Origin: Archaeoglobus veneficus SNP6
Lineage (GTDB): Archaea; Halobacteriota; Archaeoglobi; Archaeoglobales; Archaeoglobaceae
NCBI RefSeq assembly: GCF_000194625.1
Contig: NC_015320.1
Location: forward strand, 766,612-790,611
Reading direction: 5' to 3'
Length of the DNA stretch: 24,000 bases
Shown in pieces: positions 16,136 through 23,525 of the stretch. The notes below the pieces were generated by a model. It searched no databases. It saw only the letters and a list, made by a program, of their open reading frames with translations, and was not told where the DNA came from. The position numbers and the translations under genes are program-made. How positions within the stretch are numbered: position 1 is the first letter of the stretch; the number at the start of each line of letters is the position of its first letter.

Positions 16136-16738
16136 ATGAAGTTCGGTATTAAAAAGCTCGACGAGTTAATCGGGGGCATTGAAACGGGTAGAGTCGTTCT
16201 GATTGAAACAGTTGGTGGCCTCGGAAGCGAGCTCGTTTACAGGTTTATGGAAAACGCAATTGAATCTGGCGAGAACGTTTTTGCTGTAGTGCCCAAGAGG
16301 ATGAAGAAAGATCTGGAAAAGAGGTTAAAAAATGCTCGGATTATCGTGCCAAATGGCGAGATATCAATGCAGGAACTTTACACGGTATCTCTCGCCATAA
16401 AACGCATGCACGAGAAAGTGGGATGTATTGAGATTTTCCAGCCTTTGCTAATTATTCACGGTCCTGAGAAAATTTATCAGCTCTTTCAGGACGTTGGCAA
16501 CGCTATTCGGGAGAAGGACATGCTCGTACTCGTTACGATAGATAAGAAGCTTGTGGATGAGAGAACTCTTGCAATGTTCGAGGATGAGGCGGACTACGTC
16601 ATAGAAGTCGAGGAGGTTATGGAAGGCCTGAAGATCAGGAGGGGAATAAGAATAAAGAAAAGTCCTGGAGGGATTCCCACGGACTTTTACGAACTGAGGA
16701 TTAATACCGATGTGCACGTTGGTGAGAAGGTTGATTGA
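16136..16738 (+). CDS. KaiC/RecA-fold protein lacking a P-loop (predicted pseudo-ATPase), called D1 here
   Basis: The N-terminus GIKKLDELIGGIETGRVVLIETVGGLGSE aligns by eye to K1 GIPGFDELCEGGLLRDRTYLVSGTSGSGKT, but the GK[TS] lysine is absent. There is no EE pair and no Walker B Asp. The C-terminus KIRRGIRIKKSPGG...FYELRI parallels KMRGSNHSKKIHPFEIT. SD GGGAGGGT lies 8 nt upstream. Confidence 0.55.
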   Translation: MKFGIKKLDELIGGIETGRVVLIETVGGLGSELVYRFMENAIESGENVFAVVPKRMKKDLEKRLKNARIIVPNGEISMQELYTVSLAIKRMHEKVGCIEIFQPLLIIHGPEKIYQLFQDVGNAIREKDMLVLVTIDKKLVDERTLAMFEDEADYVIEVEEVMEGLKIRRGIRIKKSPGGIPTDFYELRINTDVHVGEKVD

Positions 16739-17318
16739 AATTCTTGCGATAAGAATCTTTGTAGCCTTCTTTGTAACGTGTTCGATATATTCTGCGCTGT
16801 CGTACACAATTTTGATAGAAGGTCTGAAGAGTAGAGTATACATTCCGATTGCTAAGGCGGGCTTTGCCGTATTAACTGCGGGCATGGTACTGTTTGTCTT
16901 GGACTCCTTCGTGGACATTCCAGATGTTTACGTGGTACTCTCTCCGGCTGGGGCTGTAATTACGGCATTCTCCTTTAGAACGAAGATTACGAGGGAATTA
17001 ATAGCACAGATTTCAGCGATAGTCCTGATCTCCGTGGTGGGATCTGTGCTGGGAGTACAGTACGCTTTTCCGTGTGCTATTTACTCCGCGTCGATAGTTT
17101 ACATCTTCAGTCTGGTCAGGGCAAGAATGCTGATAAGGGATGCTGCAATTTATACATACCTGTACGCTGGGAGCTATTTGATGACAGTATACCCGCTGCT
17201 TTTCATTGTGTCCTCCAAAGTCTCTGGATTTTCATACTTCGAGTCTCTTGTTCATTTAACTGCTGCAGTCCTGCTGTTCTACTCCTCTACAGTTCTGAAG
17301 GCTCATGTGGGGTGGTAA
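16710..17318 (+). CDS. Polytopic membrane protein (~6 TM), called M2 here
   Basis: 202 aa and strongly hydrophobic. GAGGA lies 8 nt upstream of the ATG. The start overlaps the D1 3' end by 29 nt. It shares the LTAG and A-x-L-[LI]-F-x-x-S-T-V motifs with M3. Confidence 0.65.
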   Translation: MCTLVRRLIEILAIRIFVAFFVTCSIYSALSYTILIEGLKSRVYIPIAKAGFAVLTAGMVLFVLDSFVDIPDVYVVLSPAGAVITAFSFRTKITRELIAQISAIVLISVVGSVLGVQYAFPCAIYSASIVYIFSLVRARMLIRDAAIYTYLYAGSYLMTVYPLLFIVSSKVSGFSYFESLVHLTAAVLLFYSSTVLKAHVGW

Positions 17319-17917
17319 AGTTGTACAGAGTCTTGTTCATAGCACACGCGTCCATGTTTGCATCTCTATGGATCGTAGGTGAAATCTCGAAAAGAGCTGT
17401 CTCACGCTTATACTTTGGTGTTCCTGCCGTATTGTTTCTGACAGCGGGAATTCTCACTCTCCATGGTTACTACTGCGGATACCTCGAGTTCGTGGCAGCA
17501 CTTATCGCCATGCTTTCCGCGAGAAAAATACTTGAAATGGGCATTTTTGCAAGTCCAGAGTTCAGACCACCTCTCGTTGAGAAATACACCGTAGCAGCTT
17601 GGATAGCTGGTTTTGCCGCCGCGCTTCACGGGTGCATAGATGTGGAGAAGGTGTTTGGATACACTGCCCACCTCTTTATTGCCCAGCTTTTTGCATACTT
17701 CGCACTTGCGAGCAGGCATTCAGGGCTGAAAAGAGGAGATTTCGAGGCTTTCACCGTAGCGGCGGCAATGGCGCTTGTGGGAGGGATGTCACACCTCTCG
17801 GTATGCGTATTGTCTCCGGTTGAAGCGGTAGGAGCGTACTCAATGTATTCTGCATGCCTGATTTTCCTGCTCTCTACAGTAAGAAGCTACTGGAGGTGCA
17901 CGGTATGGCCGGAATGA
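17312..17917 (+). CDS. Polytopic membrane protein (~6 TM), paralog of M2, called M3 here
   Basis: The track ORF starts at 17072, but its first 80 codons overlap M2 in another frame. The likely start is GTG 17312 (overlapping the M2 stop) or TTG 17321 (GGGGTGG 6 nt upstream). Hydrophobic segments occur throughout. Confidence 0.6.
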   Translation: MVKLYRVLFIAHASMFASLWIVGEISKRAVSRLYFGVPAVLFLTAGILTLHGYYCGYLEFVAALIAMLSARKILEMGIFASPEFRPPLVEKYTVAAWIAGFAAALHGCIDVEKVFGYTAHLFIAQLFAYFALASRHSGLKRGDFEAFTVAAAMALVGGMSHLSVCVLSPVEAVGAYSMYSACLIFLLSTVRSYWRCTVWPE

Positions 17918-18570
17918 TTCCCCTGCCGTATCCGTTTTCGACTCTCCTACCCGAAGGGGTGGCAAAGGGTGAGGTCATGCTTGTTGAGGCAGACTCCATG
18001 TCGGGGGTAGAGCACATGATAGGTCCTCTTATAAGGTCTGTTGAAAAGCCGGTTTTTGTGGAGATAGGGGACCGCACAGTCATCAAGCTATCTGCGATGC
18101 AAAAGTTCGGGCCGCTACCGGAAGTTATGTTGATAAGGGTCTCCAACATAGATGTCAATATTGAAGGCTGCACCGTTGAGAGGATACCCTCTGGAGATCC
18201 CACATCCGTCCTGTCTCAATTTTACTCCATTGTTATGGAGCGTTCGCTTCAGGATGCAGTATTTGTAGTATGCGGCATTGAGCAGGCGCTGTTTGCGAGC
18301 AGGATCTCCGAAGCACTGAAGGAGTTCGCGAGCATAAAGCGTTCGCTTCAGGACGCAACATTCATCGGTTTCGTCGATTACAGGGCCTTCAGCGTCCGAA
18401 CGCTGGCACTGCTTGAAAGCGTGTCAACGACAGTTGTCAGATTCGAATCGGCAGTAGAGGGTGATTCCATAGTGAGGAGGACATACCTGATAAAATCACC
18501 TCATTCACTGTTCAGCGAGGTTGTTGAGTACGACCTCAAAAGAGTTATAGAGAGTGCGAAAAAGGATTAG
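17905..18570 (+). CDS. Second KaiC/RecA-fold-like protein lacking a P-loop, called D2 here
   Basis: FSTLLPEGVAKGEVMLVEADSMSGVEHM aligns by eye with FDELCEGGLLRDRTYLVSGTSGSGKTIF, with the P-loop replaced by ADSMSGVE. The C-terminus IVRRTYLIKSPHSLF parallels the K.RG..H region. GGAGGTG lies 6 nt upstream of the ATG at 17905, which overlaps the M3 stop. Confidence 0.45.
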   Translation: MAGMIPLPYPFSTLLPEGVAKGEVMLVEADSMSGVEHMIGPLIRSVEKPVFVEIGDRTVIKLSAMQKFGPLPEVMLIRVSNIDVNIEGCTVERIPSGDPTSVLSQFYSIVMERSLQDAVFVVCGIEQALFASRISEALKEFASIKRSLQDATFIGFVDYRAFSVRTLALLESVSTTVVRFESAVEGDSIVRRTYLIKSPHSLFSEVVEYDLKRVIESAKKD

Positions 18571-20447
18571 CCATCTGACAAAGCTCTCTTTATCGCCTCG
18601 TTCAGCTTCTCCGCAACTACCTTTCCATCAACTTTTCCTCTGAACTCCTTCATGACGAGACCCATCAGCGGCTTGAATGCGCTGGCACCCCTCTCTTTTA
18701 TGAAGTCCTTTTTCTCCTCCATGAGCTTTGCTATGAACGAGTCGAGGTTTGTAGCGGAACCAATACTGCTCACAACTTCCTCTTTTGTGGCCGTCGGTTT
18801 TTCGCAGAAGATTTTAAGTGCCTCTTCTGCACCCTCCTTGGCTATCTTGCCCTCCTCTATTAGCTCGAGCACGGCCCTGAAGTGCCCTTCTTCAAGCTTC
18901 CCAATCTCGACACCTTCCTTTTTAAGTTCTGCCGGAGCGATGTGGAGAACCCTTGCGACTGTTGTTGCAGGCAGTTTCTCTGCGAATTCTTCAAACAGAT
19001 GGTGTAATGCTGAATCTGCCATTACGTAGGCTAAATCGTAGGGTAAGCCATATGTCTCAGCGTATCTCTTTGCTCTCTCCTCAATAAGCTCCGGAATTTC
19101 CACCTCGAGCATGTCGGGAGTTATTCTCACTGCCGGCACGTCTGTTTCTGGATACATCCTCGCAGCCCCGGGCAGCGGGCGCAGGTATGATGTAGTGCCA
19201 TCTTCGTTCGCCTTCCTCGTCTCCTCTGGCACTCCAATAAGGCAGTACTCTGCCCTCTCGATGATCCTCGCAAGGGCGTTTTCAACCCTCGTTGCCTCGC
19301 CAGCTGCAAGGATTACGGCATCATTGCTCTCGGCTCCAACAAATCTCCTCAACTCTGCAACCTCTTCCTCGCTTATGCCATATGCAGGAAGCTCGTCGGT
19401 GTGGAAGATTCCGCCGAGGCCGAAAGTCTTTGCTATGTCTGCAAACTCCGTTCCAAGCCTCCTTCCCGGCTGGATTTCCTTTCCAACAAGTCCAGCAAAG
19501 CCCTTCAACAGAATAGCCTTAACGCATTTTGCCCTCTTTATAACCTTGGATTTGGTGTTGCTGAAAATACTTGTTACGTCGAAGATCTGGTTTACAACTG
19601 ACGCACCTCTTGCGAGCAGTTCGTCCCTTATCTTCAACAGATTAAGCTGCCTCAAAACCTCATACTCGACGATTTTGTCGAGAATGTCGAGCGTCTGCAC
19701 ACCCTTGATTTCAACCCTCGCACCGTCGCGGATTGATATGTTGACGTCCTGCCTGATTGTGCCCAGACCTCTCTTCACTCTACCAGTAGAGCGGAGGATC
19801 ATTCCAAGCTTTGCTGCAACCTCTTTCGCCTCTTTTGGCGACGTTATGTCCGGCATCGTTCCAATCTCGACGAGTGGTATGCCCAAGCGGTCGAGAGAAT
19901 AAACGACTTCGCTTCCCCTGTCTTCAACCTTTCTGCATGCTTCCTCTTCAAGACAGAGTGTTGCAACGCCTATTTTTTTCCCTTCACATTCAATATATCC
20001 ATCAAAGGCAATCAGGGCGGTACGCTGGAAGCCGGTGGTGTTGCTGCCGTCTATGACTATCTTACGCATCACGTGGACTTCATCAACGACTTCCATGTTG
20101 AGCATCCTCGCAATGAGGATCGCTACCTGCAGCGCTTCTCTGTTTAGCTCTCTTGGCGGCTCCTCATCAGCCTCAACGAGGCACGTGGTGTCATAGGCTT
20201 TGTAAATGAACTTCTTACTCCTCGCAACTTCTTCTTTTGCAGCCCTGTCAACTTCACCCATCTCGCTGCGCTTCGAACGCAGATAGCGGAAGAACTCGAA
20301 GTTTGATTCCTCAACATCCCTCTGGATGGTGGGACAGTAGCAGAAGAGTTTGTGTTTTGTATCGAGCTGCTGGTGGATTTCTATGCCAACTTTGAGGCCA
20401 AGAGCTTCATAATCCTGACAGTTCATTTCGTTCACCCTGTTTGCCAT
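18567..20447 (-). CDS. gatE: Glutamyl-tRNA(Gln) amidotransferase subunit E
   Basis: 626 aa. The N-terminus YEALGLKVGIEIHQQLDTKHKLFCYCPT is the GatE/GatB-type signature. The length and the C-terminal YqeY-like tail fit archaeal GatE. The start could instead be the internal Met 7 codons downstream. Confidence 0.92.
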   Translation of the reverse strand: MANRVNEMNCQDYEALGLKVGIEIHQQLDTKHKLFCYCPTIQRDVEESNFEFFRYLRSKRSEMGEVDRAAKEEVARSKKFIYKAYDTTCLVEADEEPPRELNREALQVAILIARMLNMEVVDEVHVMRKIVIDGSNTTGFQRTALIAFDGYIECEGKKIGVATLCLEEEACRKVEDRGSEVVYSLDRLGIPLVEIGTMPDITSPKEAKEVAAKLGMILRSTGRVKRGLGTIRQDVNISIRDGARVEIKGVQTLDILDKIVEYEVLRQLNLLKIRDELLARGASVVNQIFDVTSIFSNTKSKVIKRAKCVKAILLKGFAGLVGKEIQPGRRLGTEFADIAKTFGLGGIFHTDELPAYGISEEEVAELRRFVGAESNDAVILAAGEATRVENALARIIERAEYCLIGVPEETRKANEDGTTSYLRPLPGAARMYPETDVPAVRITPDMLEVEIPELIEERAKRYAETYGLPYDLAYVMADSALHHLFEEFAEKLPATTVARVLHIAPAELKKEGVEIGKLEEGHFRAVLELIEEGKIAKEGAEEALKIFCEKPTATKEEVVSSIGSATNLDSFIAKLMEEKKDFIKERGASAFKPLMGLVMKEFRGKVDGKVVAEKLNEAIKRALSDG

Positions 20448-20504
20448 GCTTTAATCAGCTTTTAACTGTTTCTGTAGGGCGTTTTTAACTTCTGATATGC
20501 TTAC

Positions 20505-21248
20505 TCAACCAGAAAGTTCGAACGGTTCAGCAAGCTTTGGTGACGCAAGAAGCTTGTGGAAAAAGTGAGGGTCTTTGAGGATCGCTCTTGCTGCTGAAAC
20601 GAGGTGTGCGACTTTCGCCATCTTCTCGGCCATTTCGAGGCTGTTTACCGAGTTATTTCCTATCGTTATCCCAAGCCGGGAAATCCTTTCAACCAGTCTG
20701 AAATCGCACAGACCGCCTGGAATCATCGCGTCAACGTGAACGTACGCAGCCCCGGCTTTAAAGGCAAGTCGCGCAGCTTCGACGCACTTCGCACCATTTC
20801 TGAGCTTGACGCCCGTCAGCGCTGCATCAGAGACCTCTCTAACCACACTGGCAAGCTCTTTGGGATGCTCCATCAGCCACTGACCGCATTTCGCTTCGAT
20901 AAACTCCGGCTGTCTGCAGTGGGCATTTATTTCGATTATTCCTCCGTAACGCCTCACTATGTCTGCAACCTCTACATAACCGTCAAGCGACGAAGACCTC
21001 ACGTTTACTGCAAATGCCTTCTTTCCGGCGATTCTGGCCACTTCTTCTTCTATGCCCTTGATGGGGTCGTCAAACAGGAACTCTCTTCTCCCCCTTGCTA
21101 CCACTCTCTTTGCGGCCTCCATGGCCTTTGCGTCGGCGTTAAATCCTCCAAGAATTACGAGGCCTGCTGGGAAATTCATGCAGAACTCTGCGCTGTTTAT
21201 TCCAGCCATTGCGGAGAGTACGAGCCTGTTTGGAAGTATTACCCTCAT
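20505..21248 (-). CDS. TIM-barrel protein with Dus/DHOD-like motifs (flavin oxidoreductase-like); function uncertain
   Basis: 247 aa. LVLSAMAGINSAEF and EINAHCRQPE resemble the dihydrouridine-synthase-type L.LAPMAG..D..F and DIN.GCP motifs. The ATG overlaps the dapF stop (ATGA). The coding call is strong but the functional call is weak. Confidence 0.45.
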   Translation of the reverse strand: MRVILPNRLVLSAMAGINSAEFCMNFPAGLVILGGFNADAKAMEAAKRVVARGRREFLFDDPIKGIEEEVARIAGKKAFAVNVRSSSLDGYVEVADIVRRYGGIIEINAHCRQPEFIEAKCGQWLMEHPKELASVVREVSDAALTGVKLRNGAKCVEAARLAFKAGAAYVHVDAMIPGGLCDFRLVERISRLGITIGNNSVNSLEMAEKMAKVAHLVSAARAILKDPHFFHKLLASPKLAEPFELSG

Positions 21249-22087
21249 AACTCCTTCAAAACACCGTCGAAGACCCTCGTAGCCTTACCTGTCATGAAGG
21301 CAGTATCTCGAACTTCAATCCTCAAAACGCCGCCCTTCGTTTTTACTATTGCCTCTGGCTCGATTAAACCGAGCTTGCTCGCCACGGCTACAACAGCAAC
21401 GCTCCCCGTTCCACAGCTCAGCGTTTCGTCCTCAACACCTCTCTCGTACGTTCTTACCTCAACTTCATTCCTTGAAACTATTCTTGCGAAGTTAACGTTT
21501 GTCCCTTCTGGAAATGCTTTGTTGTAGCGAATTTTTCTCGCTTCGAGGATGTCAAAGTCGAGAGAATCGACGAAAACGACTGCGTGGGGCACACCCGTGT
21601 TGACGGCGTAAACATCAACTTTCCGACCAAAGAGTTCGAAGGTGTCGTGCCACACTCCATCAAACGTCCCACCCGCTGCTGGTATCTTCGCTGGCTCGAA
21701 AACGGGCTTCCCCATGTCAACTCTAACCCAGTACTCCCCGTCTTTAACGCTGACTTCGAGCTCCTTTATGCCAGCAAGGGTCTCTGCTTTGAATCTCCTG
21801 TCAGCGTAACCTTCCTCAACGACGTAGCGGGCAAAGCACCGGATGCCGTTCCCACACATTGCTGCCTCGCTTCCATCGCTGTTGAAGTATCTAAACTTCG
21901 CATCAGCAACGCTGGAAGGCTGAACGAAAATTGCTCCGTCTGCACCAACTCCGAAGCGCGGCTTGCATACTGCTCTGACAAACTGGGGCTTGTGCTCTTC
22001 CGGTACGACTTCTTCGTGAAACTCGTCAACAACAACGAAGTCGTTCCCGTTGCCATGCATTTTTGTAAATTCAAGGCCTTCGAACAA
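21245..22087 (-). CDS. dapF: Diaminopimelate epimerase
   Basis: FTKMHGNGNDFVVVD, plus the two catalytic-Cys motifs CGNGIRC and SCGTGSVA. The TTG start at 22087 lies immediately after the pyrF stop. Confidence 0.9.
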   Translation of the reverse strand: MFEGLEFTKMHGNGNDFVVVDEFHEEVVPEEHKPQFVRAVCKPRFGVGADGAIFVQPSSVADAKFRYFNSDGSEAAMCGNGIRCFARYVVEEGYADRRFKAETLAGIKELEVSVKDGEYWVRVDMGKPVFEPAKIPAAGGTFDGVWHDTFELFGRKVDVYAVNTGVPHAVVFVDSLDFDILEARKIRYNKAFPEGTNVNFARIVSRNEVEVRTYERGVEDETLSCGTGSVAVVAVASKLGLIEPEAIVKTKGGVLRIEVRDTAFMTGKATRVFDGVLKEL

Positions 22088-22726
22088 TTAAATCACCTCT
22101 TTAAGCTGCTCCGCAAGCAATCTTGCATTCTCGACAGCGTTACCCTCGTAGATGCTCCTTCCAACTATGACGAAGTCCGCTCCAGCCCTTATAGCTTCTG
22201 CAGCCTTACCACCCTGCGCTCCCACGCCGGGAGATAAGATTTGCATATTGCCTGCAAGTTCCCTGAGCTTCCTGATTCTCTCAGGTCTCGTTGCAGGGGC
22301 TATGAGGCCGTGGCAGCCGAGATTTCTGGCCATTTCGACTATTCGCTCTGCAACGCCTGTCATAAACTCCTGCCCTCCAGCACTGCTCAACTCCGTAACC
22401 ACGTAAACCTCTCCATTGTAGCGAGATGCCACATCAAGAACGGCCTTTACCGAGTCGCTGCCCGTGAAGCCATGGGTTATCACAGCCTTTGCTCCGTTCT
22501 CGAAGGCAATTTCGGCAATCATGGCTGAGATATGGGGAACGTCTGCAATCTTGAAGTCTGCGATGACCGGCCCGTACGATGAAAGTTCCTTAACGACAGA
22601 GATGCCCTCTGAAAGAACCAGCGGGTAATTCACCTTGAAAGCATCAACGTATTCTCTTATTTCCCTGGCAATGTTGAGGGCATTTGTAGTATCGAGGGCG
22701 GCGATTATTCCCGTTCTTCTCTCCAT
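22088..22726 (-). CDS. pyrF: Orotidine 5'-phosphate decarboxylase
   Basis: 212 aa. IIAALD, IADFKIADVP (DxKxxD), ITHGF, LSPGVGAQGG and VIVGRSIY closely track the archaeal ODCase sequence as I recall it (M. thermautotrophicus enzyme). Confidence 0.85.
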   Translation of the reverse strand: MERRTGIIAALDTTNALNIAREIREYVDAFKVNYPLVLSEGISVVKELSSYGPVIADFKIADVPHISAMIAEIAFENGAKAVITHGFTGSDSVKAVLDVASRYNGEVYVVTELSSAGGQEFMTGVAERIVEMARNLGCHGLIAPATRPERIRKLRELAGNMQILSPGVGAQGGKAAEAIRAGADFVIVGRSIYEGNAVENARLLAEQLKEVI

Positions 22727-22853
22727 AACTGGCAGTACAGGCGGAGGTATTTAGATTTTCCCCGCTTACTCGAAAGCTTTTTCATCCGGGGGACTGTACT
22801 AAATTAAGAAAAGCTTAAATTCAAGGGAAAAGAGGGGGGAGGGGTGCTGAAGA

Positions 22854-23444
22854 ATGGCTGAAGCACGGGGCAGACTGATGGGTGAGATGCTTATCAGGTT
22901 TCTTGACACGCTTGGAGAACAAATTAACTCCCTAAAAAGGGAATTAGACCCCTCCCAGGTTGAAGAACTCATAAAGGCAATAGAGGGGGCAAACAAAATT
23001 TTCGTCATGGGTGCTGGCAGGAGCGGTTTCGTTGCCAAGGCTTTTGCCATGCGCCTGATGCACCTTGGCTACAACGTTTACGTGGTTGGAGAGACGGTGA
23101 CACCGAGGATAGGCAGAGATGACGTGCTCATATCTATATCTGGCTCTGGAGAAACAACTTCAGTTGTTAACATAAGCAGGAAGGCCAAGGAGCTGATAGG
23201 CTCCAAGCTTGTGGCAATAACCCAGAATAAAGATTCAACTCTCGCAAGGATGAGCGATGTTGTGGTTTTGCTGAGAGCCAAAGACAAAACTCAGAAAGAT
23301 GAAAACCTTTCGAGCATAGCACCCCTTGGAACGATGTTTGAGCTCACGGCCTTAATTTTCCTCGACGGCCTTGTTGCAGAACTCATGAGTCTGAAGAGTC
23401 TGACTGAGAGAGATTTGGAGCAGAGGCACGCGGTGCTTGAGTAA
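22854..23444 (+). CDS. hxlB: 6-phospho-3-hexuloisomerase (SIS domain, PHI)
   Basis: 196 aa. The SIS motif is KIFVMGAGRSGFVAKAFAMRLMHLG, followed by ISISGSGETT. Size and motifs fit archaeal PHI. Confidence 0.8.
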   Translation: MAEARGRLMGEMLIRFLDTLGEQINSLKRELDPSQVEELIKAIEGANKIFVMGAGRSGFVAKAFAMRLMHLGYNVYVVGETVTPRIGRDDVLISISGSGETTSVVNISRKAKELIGSKLVAITQNKDSTLARMSDVVVLLRAKDKTQKDENLSSIAPLGTMFELTALIFLDGLVAELMSLKSLTERDLEQRHAVLE

Positions 23445-23525
23445 AGACATTTGAGGGTTATAATCATATAATCAATCATTTCCCAATACCTGACACACTC
23501 GATAAGTTCTGAAAGGAGGGTTAGA

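Noticed and set aside
17072-17311. 80-codon N-terminal extension of M3 given in the ORF track
   Set aside because: It overlaps M2 in another frame, and its sequence (MCYLLRVDSLHLQSGQGKNADKGCCNLYIPVRWELFDD...) is not membrane-like. A GTG/TTG start at 17312/17321 coupled to the M2 stop is more plausible.
19111-19902. 263-aa plus-strand ORF antisense to gatE
   Set aside because: It is Ser/Leu/Pro-rich shadow-frame sequence, and gatE occupies the region convincingly.
20604-21527. 307-aa plus-strand ORF spanning the Dus-like gene and the dapF 3' end
   Set aside because: It crosses a gene boundary on the opposite strand, has no motifs, and both minus-strand genes are supported by motifs and translational coupling.
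22088-23444. Possible divergent HPS-PHI ribulose-monophosphate pair, since the OMPDC-superfamily gene lies next to PHI
   Set aside because: The 212-aa protein carries ODCase-specific motifs (IADFKIADVP, SPGVGAQGG, VGRSIY) and matches archaeal PyrF as I recall it. It is therefore pyrF rather than a hexulose-phosphate synthase.
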